Counted from the stretch's first letter, positions 26,292 through 39,853 are shown. The stretch is 64,000 bases of DNA from Antedon mediterranea (GCF_964355755.1 NC_092670.1:26026795-26090794), one strand, 5' to 3'. Program-made: numbers and translations. The notes: generated by a model from the letters alone, not told the origin.

Positions 26292-28383
26292 CAGGGGCGG
26301 ATCCAGGATATTGAAATAGGGGTGGCGTAGCTTTGCGAGCAAACATTGGCTGGGGGCCAGGGGGCCGCCAAGGGCCCCCGGTCGGGATCCAGGGGCCGAC
26401 GGCCCCTGGAAATTTTTGGCGTTCTAGCGCATTGTAAGTCGTTTAAAACGATTTACAAACATCTCATAATGTCATTTACCAAACACTCTAAAGCTCGCAA
26501 ATTACGACATGTGGAATATGCAGCTGATACTTACCTAGGGTACCAAAAGCAAGCTAACAACTTGCCTGTACTTTACATCTAAATTTTTACAACGCGACGA
26601 TGTTTTTCACCGTTATATTATAAACTTGTCCTAGCCTAGGCCGATATTATTTTTTTACACGAGCGCCGGGTCGATCGCGGTCACTATACTTCGCGCATAG
26701 CTAAAGTAAAATGACGTCACGTTAAAGCGGGTCGTCACAGAGTCTCATGCATATTAATGAAGCAAACTTGCTGAGAGTGTTTTCACCACGCAACACATGC
26801 GACGCGAGATTTATCGAAACTCCGAGCCATCGACTGACGGTCATGTTTTTGACAATTAAAATCACGGCATATTCAACGACCTGGTTTAAACGATCGTTTA
26901 AAAATTAGCGGTCCGGCTCGATTACATTATATTTAGTGATTTGAAAAAAACAAAACACCTCTTTTGTCATGATGTCATCGCGATGTGTTTATGAGAATCA
27001 TCGACGGGAAAGCAAATAAAACAACAAGGGTCATGAAATGCTGCAGCATTGTTAATATTTTAATAGTAATACGTTTTAATAAAATTTAGCCCTAACGGGA
27101 TAATTTTCATAGGCATACAGTCCTAGCCTTTGTTTTTATTGTACTTAATAAATGGGCGCGTAGTATAGTAGCACTGACCATGTGGCTTCATCAACATTGA
27201 TCGTCTGAGGTACCGCTACTCTACAATACGGGAGTGACGATCACAAAGGATGCCGGCAGCCGACCAAGCTCACCACGTGGCTTTTATCAACTTGCTCCTT
27301 TTACACTTACCGTATATTTCGGTGTATAAGTCGCACTTTTGACACGCAAATTTGACCTCTAAATTAAGGGTGCGTCTTATACACCGAACATAAATGCCTC
27401 ACCACACAGATTGTACATAGGCCTAGGCCTAGTAGGCTATCGTCACCTCGTTTGCTGGGCCTGAGTAGGCTAGGCCTAGCTACAGTAACTAACTAACGTA
27501 ACGGCAACCTGCTTCTGCCTAGTTTGCAAGTCATTTTAGCATGATGTTATACTAAATATGATGAAAAGATTTGTTCATTATGGCGCTTCGATAAAATTTC
27601 ATTTGTAAACGTTTACGTAATTGGAATAGTATTTATTTATACAGTAGTTATACGCACGATCGCCGTACCCCAAGCGCAAGCCCTTCTTTTGGTGTGGTGG
27701 CCACATGGTGTACGGTATTCGACTAGTATATTCTCCAGGTGATTATAGCATGGACCTAGCGTACACACTTCTCAGATACATAGATACTAATCGAATACGA
27801 TTTTCCGTGAAAACGTGCGCCCTCTCGAAATGATCGAGCGAGGCTAGCCCACACACGTGCGTGTTACACACACGGTCATGCACTCGATGTTGCGGCGAAA
27901 CTCATGAATAACAAGTTAGAAAGAACTTGTTGAGGCTGGGTGCGGCCGAGCCTAGGTAAGAAAAAACCTAAATAAAGGACGCCGTTGTAGATATAACAAA
28001 ATATATTATTACAATGATATTGATTACAATTTAAAAAAACATTGTTTTGATGAAATATAAGGTGCGTCTTATACATCGACGATATAAAAAATACCGATAT
28101 TTTACTCTCAGTTAGGGGGTGCGTCTTATACACAGGTGCGACTTATACACCGAAATATACGGTAACTGTGAATGATCGTTGGTAACGCTAGAGATTGATA
28201 GTACACAAAGGATGTCGACGTACATGCTTGGTGGAATGCGATCAAGCTGACGATGTGCTCCGACGTACTATTTTCACTATGAAAATGTGCAAACCATCGG
28301 TGATTGATGACCGTCGAAACGATACGTGTTTTTAAAATCTATTTAATTTTAACAAAAATACGCCCCCTCTAGATCCGCCACTG
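26292..28383. mobile_element. Non-autonomous TIR element (middle element of nest), 5-bp TSD
   Basis: TIRs caggggcggatccag / ctagatccgccactg, with gaacc on both sides. Confidence 0.8.
27310..28162. mobile_element. pogo-type MITE (inner element of nest)
   Basis: Perfect 27-bp TIRs ccgtatatttcggtgtataagtcgcac, TA TSD and subterminal gtgcgtcttatac repeats. Confidence 0.93.
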
Positions 28384-29224
28384 GAACCATACCCTCGAAA
28401 TTTTGTTCTCTATATAGGCCTATGGCCGCAAATCGCATTTCCGGCTATTCTCTTTTGTTTATGATTGAACTATATTGTTGGTGTAATTTCCAGCCCACAA
28501 ATTTCAATTGCCGACCTTAATATTGCCGACCTTATATTGTCAGAGGACGGCATTCTCTTGCCGACCGAAATTAGGCTAGATCCCTCCTCCTTTCAAGCCT
28601 CCTAGCAACAACATGGTACATTAGGGATCGTATCATTGAGACTTTAACAGGCATATTCACCATCATGTGGTGTTTAGGTAAAAAAAACCATGGAATTAAG
28701 ATGATCCCTGAATTCACTCAACCATTGCATCTTGCACTTGCGTCCGTGTGAGCTGCATGCTTTCTCTATCAAGCAGCTGGCTGGGCACGTCACACACGCA
28801 CGCGGAGATCTGTGTAGGGGAATACCCTGTTATGTCAACCAAACAACAACTATGCTCTGTGTACAGCTCGCTAGCTCTAGAACCACGATGTTCAGCAGTT
28901 ATCAAATAGAACTTATCTTGTAAATTTTAGTGTTAGGTTTTTATATTTTAGTTAAAATATATATATATATATATTAATTAAATTTATTAAGGCTTGACTA
29001 GGCCTGTAGTGAACAATCGTCGTGTTGTGTTAGTATGCCCACCAAAAAAAAAGTGGGAGGCCAAGCGGAACTCGCTGTTCAGCGGGGGGGGTCGTACGAT
29101 CCCCCGATCCCCCCCTGGTTACGGGCCTGGTGGTACACCATCACTGAATTATTCAAAGATTGGGACAAATGTACAGGCATGTTGGAACGTGAGAAAAATA
29201 CCAATCCGGAATTAGGAAGTCATT

Positions 29225-30510
29225 TTTGGAAAAAAATGGGTGGTAAATCTATCGAAATACAAGTTTAGTGGGACACAAACTAGTGTCTTAGCCAAAGGAT
29301 TAAACTTTGCTCCTACGCCTAGTCAGATACCGTACGATGACTATATTGTATTTATTTTAACCACCACATATTTCACGTTCAGAGGAGTCATCTACCAACA
29401 GAAATTTGGTGCAGCTATGGGTAGCCCTGTGTCACCCATAGTAGAGAATTTATATCTACAATTCCTCAAACAGAAAGCTATTGCAACAGCTCCGATCAAT
29501 TGCAAACCTTGTATGTGGAACCGTTATGTCGATGATATTCTGGAGATTGTCAAGAAAGACCAGGTTGACAATTTAACACATCTTACACAACAGATGAAAC
29601 CGGAAGCATCAAATTCACATATAAAACGGAATGCGATGGTAAAATACCCTTTCTCGATACCTTGATCGTTCGAAAACAAATCAAACTCCTTGTATAGAGG
29701 AAATCCAGTCACACGGACCAGTATTTGAATTTCAATTTTCAATTCAAGTGGGAGTCATTCACACACTATTGGAACGCAAGAACAACATCATCACTGAGGA
29801 CGATGACAAAATAACAGAAGAAAAAAATATCGCTTTAGCTCTGTCCAGATGTGGCTACCCCCAGTGGACCTTCAACGCGGTGAAGAAAACAGAAAGTAAT
29901 GGACAATAAAAAGAAAGATAAACAAGAAATGTCAAGGATTGGTTGTTATCCAATATGTTGCTGGTCTGTCAGAGAGGGTATCAAAACTATTCCAAATCAT
30001 GGGTGTCAATACTGTAATGAGACCACATTCATCACTAAGAAAAATAATTGTTCGACCGCAAGGCTAACTGTGTGTATGGGGGGAGCTTGCTGGGTACAAG
30101 ATTAAAAGAACATCAAAAGAAACAAAAAAAGTTCAACATCAGAGAAAGAACTATACTCTATGATCCAAGACAACCATGTTATAGAGTGGGACCAATCCAA
30201 GATCATAGACAGGGCAGAGGATGGAAATACCAGATGCATCAAGGAGGCAATATGGATCAGACGAAGAGAGAAAACCATGAACCGAGACAAAACCATGAAC
30301 CGAGACAAGCTCATTTCCCGAGTCACATATGACCCTGTTAGGCGAACGCCACCTAACGGTGAGCGATTTGCTTATCAATATAGTTCTCACTCTGAAGAAA
30401 GTGCTCGTGAAATGAGCACTGAAACTGTCAGTCAGGTCAGTTACTGTTATGGATTGAGACTACTGTCTGACAACAAAGACGGTCAAGTATTTCTTACCAA
30501 CCAGAGTAAG
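29225..30510 (+). mobile_element. Decayed Penelope-like retroelement (RT plus GIY-YIG remnants)
   Basis: WVVNLS...VLAKGLNFAPTP, YFTFRGVIYQQKFGAAMGSPVSP, RYVDDI, PFLDTLI, TRLKEHQK and NHVIEWD...IKEAIWIR...MNRD, with frameshifts and deletions. A hammerhead follows at the 3' end. Confidence 0.88.
30388..30433 (+). ncRNA. Minimal type I hammerhead ribozyme of the Penelope pLTR
   Basis: act CTGAAGA a agtgctc gtgaaat gagcact GAAA c t GTC agt: intact core, 7-bp stem II, 3-bp stem I, GUC cleavage triplet. It lies just after the GIY-YIG remnant, as expected for Penelope-like elements. Confidence 0.8.
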
Positions 30511-30733
30511 GAGATATAGAAAATTTATATCTCTAACCTTGCTGCATAAGAAAATCCGGCAATAGAAACAAGTACTCTTTCATTGGACAAAATTGAGAAA
30601 TGAAGGTTCATTTCGATCCAAAGAAGTTCATCGTTCTCGAGAGGTTCAAGTTCTAGTTGAATATGAAGCGTAAACCCGGTAAACATGTGAATGAATTGGA
30701 AGCTAGGATACGGCAAAAGGCACATGTGAGTTT

Positions 30734-32128
30734 ATGAATATCACAGATTCACTAAATGAGGCGCTGCGCACAAATTTCATGTGTAGTGTGAAAAATGAGG
30801 CAGTCTTGATAGCCTCGTTCAAAATGATGAATTATCATTTACAAAAGCCATCAAGTAGCAGCAGAAGTCGAAGATGTAGCGAAATATGCAAGGAAACCAT
30901 TTATCGATCTTTACCAAATACAACAGTGAATAAAATTCAACCTACTACCAAAACCAAACCTGAAGTGAAGAAAAATCAACGTGCATTCTACAGATGCGGT
31001 TCCAAACAGCACATAGCTATTGTATGTAAACATCAAAATACAGCTTGTAACTTCATTTGGAAGCTGTATGTCAACTAAAGAAGAAGCAGATGACCAAAAT
31101 AATAATTAGTCATCCTATAAAGCAGTTACCATGCAGCAAATTTACAGCGATGTGTATAGTTTGGTCAGAACTAGGAAAACCAGAATTGTCGAAACTGGAT
31201 GCTAAATACCTATCAACTTCTTCTGGTCTGGTATGTTTTCTACATAAGTAAATACAACTAACAAATCATAAACGATTAGATTCGTGGTTGCTGATATCAT
31301 TACACTAAATCTTCTTTGTAGAGAAACTATCTACAAACTAGCAATATCTGTTGATGCATTATTTCAGATGACACAAATACTAATAATCGTCCAGTACATG
31401 CAGTGCATGGTGATTATCTTACTATTGATGTTGCACTTCAAAACACTTATATGTGAGGAGTTTCCTGATCTTTTTAAAGCAGAATTTGTTTGCTTGAAAG
31501 ATGTGGTATTGCAAAATTCAAAGAGAATTCGAAGCCAGTGTTCTGTAAGGCTCGTCCAGTTCCATTTGCAATCCAAGAGGACCTTATATAGTCAAGCCTA
31601 CAAATATGGAATTAAGAAAGGATTGTGGAAACCAGTTAAATTCAATGAATATGGCACACCAGTGGTACCAATATGTAAAGGTACTAAATTACGAGTTGTT
31701 GGAGATTATGCTGCCACCATAAATGCACAATTGGAAGACCACCAACATTCCTTACCTTTACCAGAAGACCTCATGCGGGAATTATCTGGCGGTCATGGTT
31801 ATACAAAGATTGACCTTGCTGATGCATACAACCAGATTCTATTAGCACCAGAAAATCAAAGGCGACTAGCACTGAATACACACACACCAAGGAGTTCTTC
31901 TTCAGACTCGACTACCCTTTGGTATCAAGAGTGCACCAGGATATTTTTAGAGCATCATGGAACAACTGATAGGTGACCTTCCAGGTGTTGCTGTTTATCT
32001 AGATGATATTCTAGTCGGCGGACACAACACTGAAGAACATTTACATAATCTAAGACAACTTCTGCAACGCTTGCTGGAGAATGGTCTAAGATGCAGAAGG
32101 GAAAAATGTGAATTCGCACATTCACAAA
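30734..32128 (+). mobile_element. Decayed Gypsy (Mag/K02A2.6-like) gag-pol remnant
   Basis: Zinc knuckle YRCGSKQHIAIVC. RT motifs TPVVPI, GDY, KIDLADAYNQI, RLPFGI and [10 protein letters not shown]...[10 protein letters not shown]. Truncated at 32128. Confidence 0.88.
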
Positions 32129-32430
32129 TTTAAAGACACCTTCCCTACAATTTGTGACGTTTTGTAAAAATAATACATATATATTACTTTAAAAACATTA
32201 AACCAGGTCATTCCTTGTCTTAAATGTACGTTTTATGGTAAATTATGATAAAAAGTGAGAAACAATGCACTACCTAAGTAGCTCGCGGCGACTGACCTCT
32301 CGTGGACGGTCTTTAGGCGTAGCCTAGCTAGGCTTAGTTTTTTAGGCCTAGCTGGTAAACATCGGTAACGTACGAACATCGTACGCTAGCTATATACCTA
32401 GCCTGACGTTGTATAGTTGCTGCATGAATT
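32126..32430 (+). repeat. Internal 3' UTR fragment of the pogo element
   Basis: Closely matches 3111-3415 with few differences, and has no TIR. Confidence 0.9.
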
Positions 32431-32635
32431 GTCTTTCTATTTTTGCCAGACTCCGTTGATACAAATTGGGGAAAACCTGGTAGGAGTCTATGGGCGGCCA
32501 TTAGGGCCAAAATAGACAAACGTTGCCGTACGAACAATTTCGCTCCCGTAAGGCAAGCTAATGGCGTTAAAGACATAATTCCTCGAGTGACAAACAATAT
32601 TGCCGTACGGACACACAAACACATTGCCATATGAA

Positions 32636-32768
32636 CAAATTGCCGTATGGTTAAATTGGCGTAAGGACAAACATTGGCGTAAGGACAAAAATTGGTGTAA
32701 GGACAAAAATTGCCGAAAGGACAAAATTGCCGAAAGGACAAAAATTGGCGTAAGGACAATTGGCGTAC
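32636..32768. repeat. Degenerate 18-20 bp tandem array (aattggcgtaaggacaaa)
   Basis: About 7 imperfect adjacent units, with more diverged units from 32520. Probably a transposon subterminal array. Confidence 0.75.
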
Positions 32769-33019
32769 AGTCTAACTAAATATAAACGTTGAGGGCAGCA
32801 TAGTATTTTAAAACCACGTGACTGAAACCACTCTGTGTCCAGTCCTGCTGGGGAATAAAAACATAATCATGGAAGGCTTGTGTTCAAGCTAGCCAACAAT
32901 AGGCCAGCCGGCCCACTTTTATTTATTCCAGCCAACAATAACTATGAAACGCCGTTTGTGTATTTTTTACATTTTTAGTGTTACTTATGGTTTTTATGGT
33001 ATTAGAAATTAAATATTTG

Positions 33020-33562
33020 TGAGAAAACGGCGGATTGCTCCTGGGATCTCAAAGCTCAAATAACGGAGATGCACTCTGTTGAATCTACAAAAAAAACTAA
33101 AAAACCCTAATTTTAAAATTCAAGTGACCAGTTGATGACAACATTCTAAAGAGTTATTTTCATTTAAAAATGCCTTATTTTTTACCATTTTCAGCAATAA
33201 ATGTGCCCATTTTGTCAGTTTTAACATGCTCGTATAGCATTATATTAAGTCGGAATGCACTCAAACTTGGTAAATGTAATAAGGATGGTGAATAGAATGC
33301 GATTTGTACAAAAATATTTATTTTTTTACGCCTTTTAAGCATCGCGCGCAAAAACGATTTTTTATCGTGAATAGTGATCACGCTGAAAAGCTGATTATTA
33401 AGTATCATTATGACAAAGATATTGTGAAAATTTAAAAACCATTGAGATTTAAGTTTTTCAAATAATCGGTACACAAAATCTCTACAGTAAGGAATACAGA
33501 AGAAAAATAAAGATTTATACAATAACAATAGGGGGTCATTTTATTCTAAATGATCACCTAAT
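33020..33562 (-). mobile_element. HINE-type fragment (third family)
   Basis: Minus-strand 5' hairpin taggtgatcattt...aaatgaccccta. The body is homologous to 19705-19996. Confidence 0.55.
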
Positions 33563-34008
33563 AATCTTTACGACACAGCTATATGTTAACTCAATTATTG
33601 GTTTAAAAGGTTTCTTGATTTTGGAATACATTGTCATTTTAATAATGTTATTAGACTGTGAATTGTATTATCACAATGGTGGTATTGCTGCTCGATTATA
33701 ATCAAGGAAAAGGTAATTAATTAAGAAAAGATAAATAATCCTTTGTATGAACAGTAGACATGATCTGATTAATACTACTACTATTTTAAAAATTTAGTAT
33801 AATATATACAATATGTCAAACCTGGGTTACTTACCTATTTAACTATCTATAGTTCATGCCATTTGTATAAAATCTATATTTCATATTTTTGTCATTGTTT
33901 TTTCTACAATAATTCCAAATAATAATATTTTCCAAATCTGTACATATTTCTCCTTCATTCATCAAAAAAGGTAAATTTGATATAAATGTTAATAATGATT
34001 AATCATAC

Positions 34009-35260
34009 CTTTTTCACTGACACTCTCACTTTCAACGTCATCACAGCTGGTACATTCTGGAGTTGAACGTATTTCCTCCTCTGAACTACTTGGGGATGAA
34101 TTCTGTCGTTTACGAGTACCTTTAGTTTTCTTATGTGGCTTCGGGGGTGGTGGTCTAACATGTTCACTTTGGTCAGAACTTAGTGAGTCATTGCGTATCA
34201 TAGATTCTTTTTGTTTATTGCTGGAACGTTTAAATGCTGAACTTGGATCTAAATGCTGCTTGGGTATATTATCGTTACTGCGTTCTTGTGTTTCCGTATT
34301 TGTAATATCTATAACAGGATCGGGAGATGATAGTAATCTATTTGGATTTACTCTATAACTTCCACCATCACCTTCTAAGGGAACCATAGGTTGGTGACGC
34401 TCTCCATACTTTTTGCGATCGGGAGCAGGTGATCTTAAAATGCCACTGGGTGTTCGTTCATGAGGTGGGTGTCCTTTTTCTGAGTGAAGAGCAGGGCAAT
34501 GACGTTCTCCACGATGAGACCCAGGACGCCCCCTTTCTTCGCCTCTGTCATTAATTTGCATTATATTTCCAGAACCATCAGAATATTCCCGATGCCTATG
34601 CTCTCTATGCCCTCGTGGTCGTTGGTTTTGATAGTGCAACTGTTCAGGAAACTGATCCTCTTGAAATCTTTCGCAAAAGTTTTCTCGAAAATATTCATCT
34701 TGATCTGAATGCCTACGAGGTTCCGGATATGTCATTCTGTCAGTGTGACATTCAAAATTGTCACCACTATGTTTGTTTCCATGCTTTTCTTTATCTTGAA
34801 ATTGTTCCTTATTTGCAAGATAAAGCTCATGATCCAAATAAAGTTCTTTATCTGGATAATCTACACAATCTAAATGTGAAACATCTCCTGCTGAATCATA
34901 GCGACGATCACCAGGTTTACCTTGTAAGCTTCGATTTTCATGCCTAGAACTATGTTGTATATCATCATCATTTGACATAGAATATTGACGGTGAATATGA
35001 GTTAGCACAGATCCTGTTCGTGTTACAACTGGGTGGTTTTCCTGATTAAACGGAATGTTTTCTTTATCAGAAGAGGTGGCCCTATTATCTTGAAGTCTTT
35101 GTTTTTTCTCTTGAGAAGGAAGACCCTCTTGAAGAGGTTTTGAAGTCACACCAATAGATTTTTCTAAGGCTGGCGTTTTGGTTGGTGGAGTTTGAAACCA
35201 TTGACCAGTTTTAGTTAGCAGCGTCTGCTTCTTACGACAAATGTTACAAACCCATAGCAC
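34009..35260 (-). CDS. RIMS2: RIMS (RIM1/2, unc-10 ortholog) exon: end of zinc finger plus long linker
   Basis: Begins VLWVCNICRKKQTLLTKTGQWF (RIM zinc-finger end) and ends DSLSSDQSEHVRPPPPKPHK...SSSEEEIRSTPECTSCDDVESESVSEKG, both conserved RIM blocks. Acceptor tttgcag|GTG at 35260, donor G|gtatga at 34009; 1252 nt, phase 0 to 1. An invertebrate gene would be co-orthologous to RIMS1 and RIMS2. Confidence 0.93.
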
Positions 35261-35747
35261 CTGCAAAATAAAACACACTACCGTAAATCTAAAAATAAAA
35301 AGAAGTGTGTAGAGAGGAAATATTACAATTATATAGTCAAACCATATTCAAATATTCAGAATGTACATGATACAATGACATTTATAGATGCTTACACAGT
35401 CATAACATATATACATGCAATATGATTTACATTTTAATTTGGATAGAAGAGGTCTACACAATGTGAACAGCAAGTTGATATCGCTTTGCTCACACTGGTG
35501 GATCGACTAGTCTAGGTAGGCCTTTTAAATCAAGTTTAAGAACAAACAAAAGTAAACGTAGGGCACTATATAATTCCTGGTATTTCAACAGCATTTGATA
35601 ATAAATGAATTATTAGTGTACCTTTCCTGGCTGTCGATCATAGTTAAAAAATCGCACAGAATAATGAAAAGGCCTAGCTATGCTTCAGTCTTATGGCCCG
35701 ACAGTCGTTTAAATAGAATATCGTAATGGAGGGAGTATTTTTCACTA

Positions 35748-38539
35748 ATTAGGTTATCTGCATGATATGCATATAACCTCTTGATTCTGTCAGGATCTTT
35801 ATTTATTTATTTATTTATTCATCCCTTAGCACTATTTTGTCCGTGAATTATCTTGGTATCATCATCTAGCTACGTCAATTTTTCAGAGTATATTCCTTAT
35901 GGCAAGGATTCGATGTGGTTATGTTTTCACGGTGCGCAATCAAAAATTACGCGGTCTACACACGATTTAACGAAATCATGTTTGTAATCATATCTTCACA
36001 AGCATGAATCACTTTTAAACAAAATTTGGCAATACAATTACGTGCATAGCGCATATAACGCATGCGTACGCGCGCTTAAAATTTTCAAAATTGTCAAAAT
36101 TTATTTTTGATGAAATTAGAGTACGTTTCAGGCAATTTTAAGCGTTTAAAAAATTACCATGAGTGCGCAGATTTTTGCATGCGCACTGCGCGTTAAACGT
36201 AAAATGCGATTTCTGTTGTACAACCTTAATAATATCATCTAATTTTATTCACTTTTGATCGCGAAACTGCGTTATACGAGCACGTCAAAAGTGACTACGC
36301 ACACTACGCACGTGTAAGTTAACAAAATGGTGAAAATATGATAATTTTAAAATTAATATTGATCGTCAGAATCCTCGGGAACACCTACCGTATATTTCAG
36401 TGTATAAGACGAACTTTTGACACCCAAATTTGACCTCTAAATTTTGGGTGCTTCTTATACACAGGTAACTTCCTCACGCACCCTAAAAAAGCTAGTTAAC
36501 AGTTTACAGTAGCTAGCTAGGAGGCCTACCTTGCCTATTAAAAATAGTGTACTACTCTGCAATGTAGGCCTAGCTAGTTACTCCTGTCTAATCACAGTTG
36601 ATCACCACATTGTGGTAACAAGTTGATTGAATTTTTAATTAAGGTAAATTGTCATCCTCGACTGTATTAATTAATATTTACAGTACTTGCATGAGATATT
36701 CTACCCAGGCCTAGTACTCTCTGAACTCGCGGGTGTGTATTCTAGCAGCATGCAGCATCACAGCACAACACATTTATGGAAGAGTCCATTAATTACGGTG
36801 GTGTCACATTTTAATTACACAATAATTATTTCCCTTGATCACGGTGGTTTATTCTATTTGCCGTGGCTAAAGATACGGTACTGTATCCTAACTTCCGTTT
36901 GCTAAAGGTACGGTAAAATTGCATTACGTCATAACCAGCCAATGGGGTGCTGGTACGTGTGTGACATCATCGTATAAGGACTTTGGATTTTTTGTAGAGA
37001 ATGCCTATCGGCGGCGCCAGGCTGCTGCATGGATAAGTGTGCTCTGATGAGGGTTTTATTTTTATTCCAAATGGCCTATTTAGGCATATATTTTTTATTA
37101 AACTTTGTTTACAGATGGTGACCATAAACAACAAGCAAATGCGGACAATAAAGGGGCCCTCAAATACTATGATTTAGACAGTAGCCCCAGGGCTAAGTCA
37201 CAGAAATCACTGTACACATGCAGCTGGCCCTAGTCTGGGTTCCAGACGGAGTTTTGTCTTAATATAAGATTAATATTTTGGCACATATGGCGTTTCATAC
37301 GTATACTACTTGATTTTGGATACTCCGTCTGGGGAAACACGCACAAGTCACGTGGTTTGACATTCTTGGTGCATACGATTATCCGGTTGACTAGATTCAG
37401 CTGCATGCGATTGGCTACTTACTCGTACACCGTTTTAATATTCATATTTCAGAATTTTAAAGACTCAACAACTAAGATAGTGGGCATGCGCTATGTTACG
37501 TTTAGACAACGCGTAATAAATTTCCCTTTTCATTGAACGTTCAGTTGAAGTAGAGACTGATTACGATGTAATAATAAAGGCAATCAAACAAAATTATATC
37601 ATTTGATTCTAATCAATATGTCTCAAACTTAATTGTTTTATTATTAAAATACCATTGTTTTGATTGTAAAATATTTAAATTTCGGCCTAGAAATAAGTGC
37701 GTCTTATACATCGACTACATAAAAAATACTAATATTTCAGTCTCCGTTATTGGTGCGTCTTATATACAGGTGCGACTTGTACACCGAAATATACGGTATT
37801 TTTTATTTCATTTTCTTGAAGTGTATGTATCATATGTATGATTTATTATCAAATTAAAAGAACAAAAGTTGATTAAGTCATCATTAATGGCATATTAAAT
37901 TTTTTTTAAATAATTTTGACAATCAAACAAATTATAACATTTTCTTAGGCCGAAATAACAAACTTAACATTAACTTTCTTCATAAGAAGTTCATATATTA
38001 AAGTTAAAAGTATATAGTTTGACAGTGCATCATTTTTTAAAATTTTTATATTATAATTCATTGCGGTATGTAAATAATCTATCTGCACCAAAGTGGTTAC
38101 TGTATAGTAAATACACAGAGGAATCTTTTAGTCAGTTGTGTTTGGCTCGGTGGTCTGTGCTCATGTCTATGGCACTCAAGGTACCGAGATCGAGTCTCAC
38201 CTTGGGAAACAAAATGAAATGAGATTTTATCCGTAGGCCTATTGTTTGCTCAATTTTATTTCTTAGTATATAGATAATACACATGATTTATAATAAAATC
38301 TAGATAAAAAGTAACTTATGTCTTTATTATTATGTAAAAAATGTGGTTTATGACATTATACGCACATCGAATTGTAATACCGGCTATTGTATTTGCGTTA
38401 GCAAGAATCTATCATATATTATAAATAATTAAAGATTCCGAGAAAATCAATCAATCAATATATCTTTTACAAATCAGTTATCTTTATTTAAATCACTGCA
38501 TATAACCTATAATTCGTCATAGTGACGAATTAAATCTAG
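35748..38539 (+). mobile_element. Helentron/HINE-type element with a nested pogo MITE
   Basis: 5' taggttatctgc-atgatat-gcatataacct followed by (ttta)n. 3' gcatataacctat, hairpin aattcgtca-tag-tgacgaatt, then ctag. Sits in a T-rich context. Partial inverted copy at 58150-58710. Confidence 0.8.
36388..37796. mobile_element. pogo-type MITE, same family as 27310-28162
   Basis: TIRs ccgtatatttc(a/g)gtgta, TA TSD and the same subterminal repeats. Contains a segment (37350-37460) also found inverted at 48340-48465. Confidence 0.88.
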
Positions 38540-39367
38540 TTTATTTTGTTTTTTCTCAAAATACTATGAACTTTTATTTGTATGTGATGTGTTAATTTGA
38601 TACAAAAATCTATTTCAGGCCCATTGTATTAAGTTAAAGTAAATATGTTGCTAAATTGTGTAATATAATGCAGTACAAACTGTATATACTAAATTATATT
38701 ACATAGCCTATGTAAATATATGAATGTGATTGGTTGAATTGCATCACATGACTACCGCTTCAAGGATCATAATTTGTATATGTCCTCGAGTATGATGATA
38801 TTGACTGTGTATTCATGTGATTATCACATCTCTGTCATTAAACATATAAAATCTTGAGAAGCCGATGATAGCCTTAATATAAGGTTGTGTTCAACTTCAC
38901 GATGACCAATGTTTGATGAGTTTTAAGTCAGCCTAATTCAGAGAAATTACTCTTTTTTGGTGAGAATGTTTATAAAAAATCAACGTCAGCCTAGCTAGCT
39001 ACAGTAGGCCTAGGTCCACCTCTGTCATAACGTTAAATTATACACTGGGACTTTGCCCGGGTATATGCTTGCAGGCGAAGGTGATCGTAAAGTCGGGGGT
39101 GGGATTACACCCGAGGTGGGATTATACCCGAGGAACTACGGTAATATATATTGTAACATGTTATCTGTTTTGTGGGTTCGGCGTCAATGTAATTCTGATG
39201 ACGATAATTAATACAGATAATTCAAAGAAACACACTACGATATGCTAATGGTTCATTTCTCTTTAATTATCCTTTCAACTTCAATAGAGTACACAACAAC
39301 AATTTATTGCCTACCTAAGATTCAATTGAGATGAGGTATTTGCAAGTTTTAGCTAATTCAGTACACA

Positions 39368-39853
39368 CAAATATACGAAAAGGGAGACCCAAATATACGA
39401 AAAGGGAGACCCAAATATACGAAAATGGAAACCTAAAATATAGTGTTATTATGTCGGCCCAGAGCCGGCGTAACTGTAAAAAGTTTTGTTCACAGTCAGT
39501 GTTTTAGGTCGGCCCAAGGTCGCCCTTTCAAACATTCACAACAGTTGTTATCCGCCGAACAGGAAGATTCAGGCAGGTCGCTTGTAAGGGGATATGCTGA
39601 GAAGGGGATATTCTCAAAACACAATATAGTTGTATATTTGGGTCTCCCTTTTCGTATATTTGGGTCTCCCTTTTCATATATTTGGGGTCTCCCTTTTCGT
39701 ATAGTGGGGTCTCCCTTTTCGTATATTTGGGGTCTCCCTTTTCGTATATTTGGGGTCTTCCTTTTCGTATAGTGGGGTCTCACTTTTCGTATAGTGGGGT
39801 CTCCCTTTTCGTATTGGGTCTCGGGTCTCTGGTCTCTAGTTTCAAAACACCCC
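39368..39853. mobile_element. Foldback-like element with inverted 22-23 bp tandem arrays
   Basis: About 3 units of aaatatacgaaaagggagaccc face about 8 inverted units. The right end is ...ttttcaaaacacccc; the left end is truncated. Confidence 0.7.

Larger units (their letters stand above)
26236..29129. mobile_element. Non-autonomous TIR element (outer element of nest), 5-bp TSD
   Basis: TIRs cagggccgtaaccagg / cctggttacgggcctg (15/16 match), with gtggt on both sides. Confidence 0.8.
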
